Part shown: positions 17,074 through 24,091 of the stretch, one piece after another | Layout of the letters: each line of letters starts with the position of its first letter | How positions within the stretch are numbered: position 1 is the stretch's first letter | Source of the DNA: a virus | Taxonomy: Duplodnaviria; Caudoviricetes | DNA length: 45,246 nucleotides | Strand: one strand, 5' to 3' | IMG/VR virus record: IMGVR_UViG_3300015050_000992 | Span: 1 to 45,246 of that record | Program-made: the position numbers and the translations under genes | Notes under the pieces: generated by a model | Told to the model about the DNA's origin: nothing | Database searches by the model: none | What the model saw: only the letters and a program-made list of their open reading frames with translations

Positions 17074-17116
17074 GTTCTAGCCTTCCTGAGGAATTGGAAC
17101 TTGTCGCTGAGCGGGG

Positions 17117-17581
17117 TCATTGGTCGCGACGGAGGTTGTTGCGGGACTGCAACGGGCGGCCTGTGGGCCATGCGTTCTCGCGCTGCGGGATCTTCGTGCG
17201 CTCGGCGGCAGGCTTCCGCGGCTTCACCGGGCGGTCAGCGAAGGGCTTGGGAGCGTCGAGCTTCACCTTGACGGCGCCGGTATCGATGAGGTGCACGAAC
17301 GCCCGCTGCATCGCCCGCAGCACGTAGAAGCGGATCAGCGCGACATCCATCTTCCCGGCCCAGCCGACGTCCAGCCAGGCATGGCACGAACTGCACCCGG
17401 GAAACCCGCTGGTGTCGTGCGCCTTGCGACCCTTGCCGAAGCTCTCATCGTCCCAGTGGCACCAGACGGTAGTTTCCGGGTCGTGGTTGCAGCAGGGGAA
17501 GTTCAGCATGCAGGGAGCGCCGCGGGCGCTGTCGCGGATGGCCTTCGACCGAATGGGCTCAATTCGCTGGCGCAAGCTCAT
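17117..17581 (-). CDS. DUF1364-like Zn-binding nuclease-domain protein
   Basis: SARG.PC....PCC..DPETTV.CH...G.G.K.HD...GCS.CH..LD. Confidence 0.75.
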   Translation of the reverse strand: MSLRQRIEPIRSKAIRDSARGAPCMLNFPCCNHDPETTVWCHWDDESFGKGRKAHDTSGFPGCSSCHAWLDVGWAGKMDVALIRFYVLRAMQRAFVHLIDTGAVKVKLDAPKPFADRPVKPRKPAAERTKIPQRENAWPTGRPLQSRNNLRRDQ

Positions 17582-18375
17582 GACAGCCATGCCCACGTCT
17601 TGCCGGTGACGATGCTCTGCACGCAGCCTGGGGTGACAGCGAACATTCGAGCGATGTCGGCTTGAGCCTCGTCGCGAGCAAAACGCTCGCGAATCTCACG
17701 GACCTTTTCCTCGGTCAGTTTGGCGCCCTTGCTCCGCTCCCCTCGATTGGTCGTGCCGTGGCGCAGTTTGTCGGCGTTATTCTGGCGCGGGGTTGCCCAC
17801 CGAAGATGCTTCGGGTTGACGCACCCGAGATGGCCATTGCCGCATGCGTGCGCCGCCTGATGCCGCCTCGACGGAGGCTGACCATGGACAAGGATGCACA
17901 TCTGCCGGTGGGCGAGGATATGCACCCCCTCGAAGGTCACCTGACCGTAACCCGTGTCGCTGCTGCCGAAGGGCCAGGTCAGGCATTCGTCGCCCTGGTG
18001 GTTCTGGTGCGCGATGAGCCACGCTGCGGCCTTGCCATAGGGAGTGTGCATCGGGTCGCCATGCCGGCGCCACCGCGTGTAGTGCTTCCAGCAGTAGCCG
18101 TGCGAATTGCACTGGAAGGACTCGCAGCCGACTATGGTGCACCGGTCGACGGGTGCCGTTCGACGGCGAAAGTCGGTGCAACCGCACGAGATGGCGCCGC
18201 CGGCGTTGAAGTGCCCGACACGGACGATGCGCTCGTTGCCGCAGTCGCAGCGGCACCTGACCTTGCTACCGGGCAGCCGCTCGATTGCGACCAACTTCTG
18301 AACCCGCTTTCCCACATCGAAGTCGAGGTAGCGTCGGGAGCGGATGGGCTCGATGCGCTGGCGGAGATCGCTCAT
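17578..18375 (-). CDS. HNH homing endonuclease
   Basis: CLTWPF..GYG, AHR, AAHACGNG..CVNP.HL.W.T..QN..D; C-terminal KLTEE.VREIR HTH. Confidence 0.9.
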   Translation of the reverse strand: MSDLRQRIEPIRSRRYLDFDVGKRVQKLVAIERLPGSKVRCRCDCGNERIVRVGHFNAGGAISCGCTDFRRRTAPVDRCTIVGCESFQCNSHGYCWKHYTRWRRHGDPMHTPYGKAAAWLIAHQNHQGDECLTWPFGSSDTGYGQVTFEGVHILAHRQMCILVHGQPPSRRHQAAHACGNGHLGCVNPKHLRWATPRQNNADKLRHGTTNRGERSKGAKLTEEKVREIRERFARDEAQADIARMFAVTPGCVQSIVTGKTWAWLS

Positions 18376-18734
18376 GCGACGAGCCTCCAGCGGGTCAACC
18401 GCCCTACGAAGTAGGCGTCGTCGTACCGTTCGGCGAACCAGCGGTGCATGTCGGCATAGTCTCGGAAGCCGTCCATGCGCGCGAAGTCGTCGGCGGAGGG
18501 GAATAGCGAGGCGTCACCGAACGTGATGCCGTCCGGACGCAGGGCGATGTAGTTGGTGAGGATGCAGACCGGATCAGGGTCGACGATCTTGCGGCAGGCC
18601 TTCGTGCGCATCCCGGTGTAGAGTTGCAGCCGGTCGCCGACTTCGGCCCGTGCCGTGCGGCGGATGGTCTGCGTTTTGGCGCCGCTCTGGATGTCGACGA
18701 TGAACTGGGGCTGGAAATTGAACGCAACCATCAC
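18372..18734 (-). CDS. ASCH-domain protein
   Basis: I.SG.K.QTIR, GD.LQLY.GMRT and FA..DGF motifs. Confidence 0.8.
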   Translation of the reverse strand: MMVAFNFQPQFIVDIQSGAKTQTIRRTARAEVGDRLQLYTGMRTKACRKIVDPDPVCILTNYIALRPDGITFGDASLFPSADDFARMDGFRDYADMHRWFAERYDDAYFVGRLTRWRLVA

Positions 18735-19186
18735 GCAGCCCTCCGCTCGTCATAAGCGAACCGATCCGGCGGGATGGTCAACGCGATGCCGAACTCGGCG
18801 TGCCGCTGAAACACGATGTCCATGTAGGCCGTCATTTGCGTGACGTTCATCAGGCGTGTGATCGGGACATCAGCATCGCGGATTAGCGCCAGCTTGTCGG
18901 CATAGTCGAGCGGCCGGATCAATCGGTCATAGGTCTTGCGGAACGGCTCCGAGCCGTCGCGGAGGATTGGGACACCGATCTCCAACTTGCACCTGGCGCG
19001 CACGTCCTCGACGGCCTCGCCAGTTTGCTCGGCTATCTCGGCATACCACTTGTGGGAAAGCCGGTTCTGTTCGGCCGAGCGGTCGCGGCCGTCCGTCACG
19101 TCAACAGTGAAGGGACGCTTCCGGCCATCGAGGTAGACCTTAAGCAGCGCCAGGTCGTCGGCGTTCTTCACGGCGCGCGTGGTCAT
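18731..19186 (-). CDS. NinB/Orf-like recombination mediator
   Basis: RS.EQN.L.H.W..EIA and T..M...QM..Y motifs; lies downstream of exonuclease and ERF. Confidence 0.65.
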   Translation of the reverse strand: MTTRAVKNADDLALLKVYLDGRKRPFTVDVTDGRDRSAEQNRLSHKWYAEIAEQTGEAVEDVRARCKLEIGVPILRDGSEPFRKTYDRLIRPLDYADKLALIRDADVPITRLMNVTQMTAYMDIVFQRHAEFGIALTIPPDRFAYDERRAA

Positions 19187-19188
19187 CG

Positions 19189-19410
19189 CTACGGCCTCGC
19201 CATGCCCGTCGCCATCATAGCGGCGGCATGCAGCTGCATCAGCCCATCCTGCGCGTCCTGCGACAGCAGCTTGAACTTCGGGTTCTCAAGCCGGATGTTC
19301 GCCCGGCGCATGGCTTTCTCGTCGCCGTGGTTCTTGGCGTCGAGCAACAGCCTCTGGGTTGTGGTGAACCAGACTGCCAGTACGTCGAGGGAGATGGGTT
19401 GGCCGGTCAT
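19189..19410 (-). CDS. Hypothetical protein
   Basis: ATGA overlap with the exonuclease gene. Confidence 0.55.
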   Translation of the reverse strand: MTGQPISLDVLAVWFTTTQRLLLDAKNHGDEKAMRRANIRLENPKFKLLSQDAQDGLMQLHAAAMMATGMARP

Positions 19411-20042
19411 GCTGCGATCGCCAGTTCGCCGCCGTAGGCCCGCAGCAGCCGCGTCACGGTGGTGTCGAGCTCGAACAGGAAGATGCGAACCTCTTCCTCG
19501 AGTTCAGCGATGCGGGCGTCGTTGCGCTCGAGGCGCTTCACGAACAGCCGCATGGCCTCCGGCATCCTCGGGTCGAAGCTGGCGAAGTCGCACCAGGCGC
19601 GGCCGGTGCAGGCCATCTGCCAAAGCATCTGCGTCTCGTACTTCGCGGGGATCGCGCCGGTGAGCAGCGTTTCGATGTGCGTGGCGGTGTTCGGGCACTT
19701 GATCTCGACAAGGCCGTCGGCGCCGACCAACCCATCGGGCGAGGCACCCGACATGGCGATGGTCGGATGGTCGATGAGGCCGACTTGCGCGACGGTGGCA
19801 TCGGTGCGGAACTCGTAGGCCAACCGAGCCTCCGGTTCCTGGTCGTTGCCCCACTGCATCGCGGCATTGGTGAAGCCCTCATTTCGCGCGCCGGACAACC
19901 GCTCCGCCACCAGTTCGGCGAGGTAGTTGGCGCGGCTGGCGCCGTAGCCGGTCTTGGTCTTGGCGACGACGTCAGCCACGCGCGAGGCGGTGACCTTGCC
20001 AATTCTGGCGGCGAACCACTCAGCGGATTGCTGGTCCATCAC
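19407..20042 (-). CDS. Lambda-exonuclease/YqaJ-family exonuclease
   Basis: Q.S.EWF..R.GKVTAS, AMQWG...E, GASPDGLV and EIKCP motifs. Confidence 0.93.
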   Translation of the reverse strand: MMDQQSAEWFAARIGKVTASRVADVVAKTKTGYGASRANYLAELVAERLSGARNEGFTNAAMQWGNDQEPEARLAYEFRTDATVAQVGLIDHPTIAMSGASPDGLVGADGLVEIKCPNTATHIETLLTGAIPAKYETQMLWQMACTGRAWCDFASFDPRMPEAMRLFVKRLERNDARIAELEEEVRIFLFELDTTVTRLLRAYGGELAIAA

Positions 20043-20779
20043 TTGGCCCTCTTGGCTTCGAGGGCAGAGATGGCCCGGTCATACTGAGCGGCGGGCAGCG
20101 CGGCGATGGCAGCGATCTTGAAGTACTTACAGAACACGTCTGCCGAACCGCCGACCTCGTCGATCAGCTTGAGGATGGCGTTCCGCTGGGCTTCGCTGAT
20201 GACCTCGCCGGTATCCACGGCGCCGCCATCATCGTCATCGCCCTTCTCGGCGAGCCCGGTCACCGCCTTGAGGGTGGCACGCTCCAGATAGGTGACGGTG
20301 CTGATGCGAGCCTGCAGCGGATTTTTCGCGCCGCCGGAATCGGGCGGGCCGCCCTGAGAGACCTGTTTCTTCCCGCCGAGCGAGTGCTCAAGGACGCAGG
20401 TGACCTCGATCCAGTCCTTCTCGTCGCGACTGACGCTCCACGAATGGCTCAGGCCGTGCTTGGCGAGCGCTGGCGTGGCGGCATCGACGAACGAGTGTAG
20501 CTCGGCATACTTCCGGCCCTTCAGCGGGCCGTCTGTCACTTCCTTGCCGCGGATCACCGTGACCACTTCGGCCTTGAAGGCAGCGAACGCCACGCTAAAA
20601 GCGCGGGTCGCTTCATCGTCGGCCATTTCCTTGGCCATCGCCTTGATCTCGCGGATCACCTCGATGGGCATGCCCTTCTGGATAGCGTCGGACAGCAGCG
20701 CTAGCATGGGCGAAGACGCTACGGACGCGGCGGGCGCCACGGGCAAGCGGTCGACAGGAAGGGCCATGGCCTGGCTCAT
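20039..20779 (-). CDS. ERF-family ssDNA annealing protein
   Basis: YA.L, P.L.KHGL, VTC.L.H..G, S..TY..R.TL and DDDG motifs; adjacent to the exonuclease. Confidence 0.85.
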   Translation of the reverse strand: MSQAMALPVDRLPVAPAASVASSPMLALLSDAIQKGMPIEVIREIKAMAKEMADDEATRAFSVAFAAFKAEVVTVIRGKEVTDGPLKGRKYAELHSFVDAATPALAKHGLSHSWSVSRDEKDWIEVTCVLEHSLGGKKQVSQGGPPDSGGAKNPLQARISTVTYLERATLKAVTGLAEKGDDDDGGAVDTGEVISEAQRNAILKLIDEVGGSADVFCKYFKIAAIAALPAAQYDRAISALEAKRAK

Positions 20780-20979
20780 AGCGGGGCTCCAGTGTTGGCG
20801 CAGGTCGCGCGGTTGCGGTCGAGGTCGGCCATCTGCAGCGCCACGTCGCGGCCAACGGGGCCGGAGTGCCATGCGCGCAGCATCAGCTCGATGTCCGTGT
20901 GGGATGGATCAGGGCCGACGGTGGGCGCGCGGGCTGCATCGCGGTCGGTGGTGTAGGTGCGATCGGGGAGGGCGGTCAT
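20776..20979 (-). CDS. Hypothetical protein
   Basis: Overlapping start/stop chain in the left operon. Confidence 0.5.
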   Translation of the reverse strand: MTALPDRTYTTDRDAARAPTVGPDPSHTDIELMLRAWHSGPVGRDVALQMADLDRNRATCANTGAPL

Positions 20980-21278
20980 GGCCGTTCCTCAGCCTTGGCG
21001 ATGGCCTCGGTCGCCGTGGTCAGCAAGTCGACCAGCACCCAAGGACGGGGAGAGCCGCTGCACTCGTCGCGGAGCGCCTTCAACGCCTGCAGTAGTTCAG
21101 GAGCGGCGGCAATCAGGCGCGCGTCAGCGTCGTTGTAGACCGCCGCGAAGTCTGCATCGCCCTCCTCAACGATCGTCAGAAGTGAAACGCGCTCTGCATC
21201 TGCTGGGCACATGCGCGACGTTCCGTCGCCAACCGCAAGCAGGCACCACGGTCCGGGCGTGTGCGTCGCGCCCATCAC
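20976..21278 (-). CDS. Conserved phage early hypothetical protein
   Basis: HTPGPW...DARLIAAAPELL.AL...AIAKA pattern. Confidence 0.75.
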   Translation of the reverse strand: MMGATHTPGPWCLLAVGDGTSRMCPADAERVSLLTIVEEGDADFAAVYNDADARLIAAAPELLQALKALRDECSGSPRPWVLVDLLTTATEAIAKAEERP

Positions 21279-21688
21279 GCCACCTGTGCCAGTTCGAGGG
21301 CAGGGGCGGCCAGCGCAGCATCAACGCCGGCAAGGTTGCGCTCGCATGTCTCGACGGCACGGCGATGCGTTTCCTCCCGCCGCAGGTCAGCAGCGAGCGC
21401 GAGGAGCTTTCCCATCGTGGAACGGTCGCCGTTGTAGAGCTTGGCGCGGCGGGCCAGCATCAGTTCGCGAGCCCGGCGGTAGCGGATCGACACAGCCGAC
21501 GAGTGGTAGTGCGCGATACGGTCAAACCCGGCCCAGCCGTAATCGCTCTCGTGGAACTCAACCCGGTTCCTGGCGACCGTGTCGGCGAGGAAGCGATAGC
21601 GCCGGTCGTTCTCGATGCGAGCGATGCGGCCGTCGTGCCTATCAGCACTGGCGTGGATTTCAGCGATTGCGCGGTCGAGGGCGTTCAT
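21275..21688 (-). CDS. First gene of the leftward early operon, hypothetical
   Basis: GGAGA SD; directly downstream of PL. Confidence 0.6.
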   Translation of the reverse strand: MNALDRAIAEIHASADRHDGRIARIENDRRYRFLADTVARNRVEFHESDYGWAGFDRIAHYHSSAVSIRYRRARELMLARRAKLYNGDRSTMGKLLALAADLRREETHRRAVETCERNLAGVDAALAAPALELAQVA

Positions 21689-21715
21689 GGCCGGTGTCTC
21701 CGTTCGATGGAGACC

Positions 21716-21760
21716 AAGCTACAAGGCAGCTAGTAGAGTGTCAACAAGAAATCTAGTAGG
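21716..21760 (-). promoter_or_regulatory. PL promoter with two repressor operators
   Basis: TTGACA(21744-21739)-17 bp-TAGCTT(21721-21716); operators TCTACTAG-N4-CTTGTA (21720-37) and CCTACTAG-N4-CTTGTT (21743-60). Confidence 0.85.
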
Positions 21761-21814
21761 ACGCGATGCGGATTTGCCACCAGGCCGGCGCTGCCCGCAA
21801 TTCCCCTATCGCGA

Positions 21815-22243
21815 CTAGTTGAGCTTCAGCCCGCCTTGAACCGCCGAATAGCTGCCCACTTCCTTGCCGCTCCGGCTGTCGAAGATGCGCACCGAGTCGG
21901 CCTCGCTCGAGCCGTCGAAGTAGTAGGCGTAGACCACGCTGACGAAGCTCTGCTTCTGGTCGAACTCCGCCGCATAGAACCTGGGGCGCACCCAAACCCG
22001 GGGCAGGGTGCCGGGTGTCTCCACCTTCTGAAACACGCCTTCGCCGATCAGCTTCTCGATGAGCTTCTTCCGATCCGCCTGCATCGCGGCAGACTTGTCG
22101 ATCGTGGCGACGGGCGCCGGCCGCGATGCCGTAGTAGGCACGCTCTTTGCTCCGCCGTCCGTGCGCCCGCCGACGACCGCGCCAATAATCCCGATCACGA
22201 ACAGGATCGCGATAATAGATACCAGCCCCCTCAGACACCCCAT
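21815..22243 (-). CDS. Membrane-anchored protein in the immunity region (possible exclusion or lysogenic conversion)
   Basis: GGAGG SD; N-terminal TM helix followed by a soluble domain; lies between cI and PL. Confidence 0.7.
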   Translation of the reverse strand: MGCLRGLVSIIAILFVIGIIGAVVGGRTDGGAKSVPTTASRPAPVATIDKSAAMQADRKKLIEKLIGEGVFQKVETPGTLPRVWVRPRFYAAEFDQKQSFVSVVYAYYFDGSSEADSVRIFDSRSGKEVGSYSAVQGGLKLN

Positions 22244-22324
22244 AGTTCCTCCACAGCCGCCTAACGCGACCTAACCTCAAATAAGATCAAAGCAGGGCAG
22301 TGGGTTAGTGTCGAGTCCCGCCCT

Positions 22325-22668
22325 CTAGTTGACGCGGTCGATAAAATCGTCGGCGTTAAGCACTTGAACGCACGGTGTAAATTGCGCACTGTAGCAGTGG
22401 GCGTAGAAACCCGGACCAACAATATCGCCGACCGCCCCCAGTTGGACTGGGGCGACATCCTTGCGCGGTTTTGAGCGGGGATGCGGCTGAACACATCCGC
22501 CTGCAACGGGCGGATGGGAACGCGCTTGGCGGCGCGCTCCGAACTCGGCTTAGGCCGGGGGCGGGCGTGCTGTCCAAGGGGGAACCCCAAAAGCGTCCGG
22601 CCTGTCTTGTTGGCAGGTTTCTACCCCCCGGCTGCACCGGTGCCATGGTGTGAGCTGGTATTGACTAG
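22325..22668 (+). ncRNA. Candidate large structured ncRNA
   Basis: Long-range stems (GTAGAAACC/GGTTTCTAC, CCAACAA/TTGTTGG, TGTAGC/GCTGCA) enclose about six hairpins; mismatches are mostly G-U on the + strand. Confidence 0.6.
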
Positions 22669-22705
22669 GAATTATGTCCTATGACACAGTGAACGAAATG
22701 AGAAC
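22661..22705 (+). promoter_or_regulatory. Promoter with alphaproteobacterial LexA box
   Basis: TTGACT at 22661, possible -10 CACAGT at 22685, GAAC-GAAATGA-GAAC at 22691-22705. Confidence 0.7.
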
Positions 22706-22725
22706 ACGGTGGGGCGGGGGAGAAG

Positions 22726-22950
22726 GTGGAACCTACAACTGAAGAAGACGACAGGCGGGCGCTGTCGGAGATTATCTGTCGCCTGCCGCCTTGGGCGGTG
22801 ACCGAGTTGCTGACCGCCGCACGCGCAATTCCAGATCCTTTGCCTGTTCAAGCAGATAAGCCTGCCAATCAGGATACTCTTTCAGGCGATCATATATCGC
22901 CATCAGTTCATCGCCTTCCGGACCGAGGCCGGCGCCAGGGGCGAAATTAG
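22726..22950 (+). CDS. Putative SOS-induced antirepressor-like peptide, antisense to the cI 3' half
   Basis: GGGGGAG SD, GTG start, directly downstream of the LexA box. Confidence 0.45.
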   Translation: MEPTTEEDDRRALSEIICRLPPWAVTELLTAARAIPDPLPVQADKPANQDTLSGDHISPSVHRLPDRGRRQGRN

Positions 22951-23134
22951 GATCGATCTCCTGAATCGTTGCATTCAGTGCCCGGGCGATCTCTGGCAGT
23001 TTTTTCGTCGTGACGTTTTCCTCGCGCTCGAGCTGCGAAATGAGCTGCTGGCTAACACCAGCCTTCTTCGCGAGCCCCGTCTGTGACAGGCCCTCGCGCT
23101 CCCTAAGCCGCTTTAGATTCTCGGGTATTCCCAT
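22772..23134 (-). CDS. cI: CI-like repressor (XRE HTH, no S24 peptidase domain)
   Basis: LKRLR...GLSQ..LA..AGVSQQ.ISQLE; divergent from cro; 120 aa. Confidence 0.85.
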   Translation of the reverse strand: MGIPENLKRLREREGLSQTGLAKKAGVSQQLISQLEREENVTTKKLPEIARALNATIQEIDPNFAPGAGLGPEGDELMAIYDRLKEYPDWQAYLLEQAKDLELRVRRSATRSPPKAAGDR

Positions 23135-23143
23135 GCGGCGCAA

Positions 23144-23220
23144 TCTACCAGTTAGCTTGTAACCTGAAACACAAGTTTCCTAGTTGACGACCATGCGAGT
23201 TATCTACTAGATTGCTTGTA
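23144..23220. promoter_or_regulatory. OR: three operators and PR
   Basis: TCTACCAG-N4-CTTGTA (23144-61), an inverted copy (23170-87) and TCTACTAG-N4-CTTGTA (23203-20); TTGACG at 23184 and TAGATT at 23208. Confidence 0.85.
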
Positions 23221-23453
23221 TGGCTACGCTCAAAGACCACATCGAGAACGCTGTTAAGCACTACGGCTCGCAGGCCAAGCTTGCTGAGGCCCTTCGGTGT
23301 TCGCAGCAGCAGATTTCGTACCTCCTCAAGGCATCGAGTGTCAGCGCCGAGATGGCGAAGAAGCTCGACGAGGCTACGGGTGGCGCGGTGTCTCGCCATG
23401 ATCTTCGCCCGGATATCTACGGGCCGGCTCCTGCTCAGGGCAGGGCAGCATGA
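23220..23453 (+). CDS. cro: Cro-like regulator (YdaS family)
   Basis: GSQAKLAEAL.CSQQ.IS and T.G.VSR.DLRPD.Y motifs. Confidence 0.88.
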   Translation: MATLKDHIENAVKHYGSQAKLAEALRCSQQQISYLLKASSVSAEMAKKLDEATGGAVSRHDLRPDIYGPAPAQGRAA

Positions 23454-23557
23454 CCCAGCAAGCCATAATCCTCGGGCTTCTTTGGTCCGCAGTCGGTGCC
23501 CTTGGCGCTGGCATCCTCATCGCGGAAATCGCCGACCTGTTCAGGAAGGGGCGCTAG
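23450..23557 (+). CDS. 35-aa hydrophobic peptide
   Basis: Hand-translated MTQQAIILGLLWSAVGALGAGILIAEIADLFRKGR; fills the cro-to-endonuclease gap exactly. Confidence 0.5.
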   Translation: MTQQAIILGLLWSAVGALGAGILIAEIADLFRKGR

Positions 23558-24091
23558 ATGGCCCGCGTCAGGCGCATAGGTGCTGCACTGGTGCCGACCG
23601 ACGCTCAGCTCGCCAAGAGCGGTTGCAGCCTCCAAGAGTACCGCCGCATGCAAGACATCGGCGACGGCATGAGGTTGCTTGGCGCCACAAAACGTCAGAC
23701 GCCGCTCGGACGCTACACCTCTCAGCGCCGTGACGCTGGTAGGCGCGGCATAGAATGGAAAATCACCCTCATCGAGTGGTGGCACGTGTGGGTGTCGTCG
23801 GGACATTGGGCAGAACGCGGCCCCGGTCAGGGTTACGTGATGTGCCGATTTGGCGACACCGGGCCTTACGCGGCGAACAACGTCTACATCGCCACAAATC
23901 CTCAGAATGCTCGCGATGCGGCGAGAAAAGACGACCTGCCGATGGGCGTGTACCGGCAACACAACGGCTTCCGGGCCAAGCGCTCGCTTGGTGGGCGCTG
24001 CTACGAACTCGGGCTGTTCCAGACGATCAGCGAGGCCGATCGGGCCTATCAGGAGTTCCAGTCTCCGCCAGCTGCGTCGGGGGGCGTGTAG
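23558..24091 (+). CDS. His-Me-finger-type endonuclease with AP2-like C-terminus
   Basis: RGIEW.IT..EWW..W, YVMCR.GD.GPY...NV.I and LP.GV...LG.F.T..EA..AY motifs. Confidence 0.7.
   Translation: MARVRRIGAALVPTDAQLAKSGCSLQEYRRMQDIGDGMRLLGATKRQTPLGRYTSQRRDAGRRGIEWKITLIEWWHVWVSSGHWAERGPGQGYVMCRFGDTGPYAANNVYIATNPQNARDAARKDDLPMGVYRQHNGFRAKRSLGGRCYELGLFQTISEADRAYQEFQSPPAASGGV

Noticed and set aside
22261-22684. Short ORFs on both strands of the immunity-region gap
   Set aside because: No SD, R/P/G-rich junk translations; base-pairing explains the sequence better.
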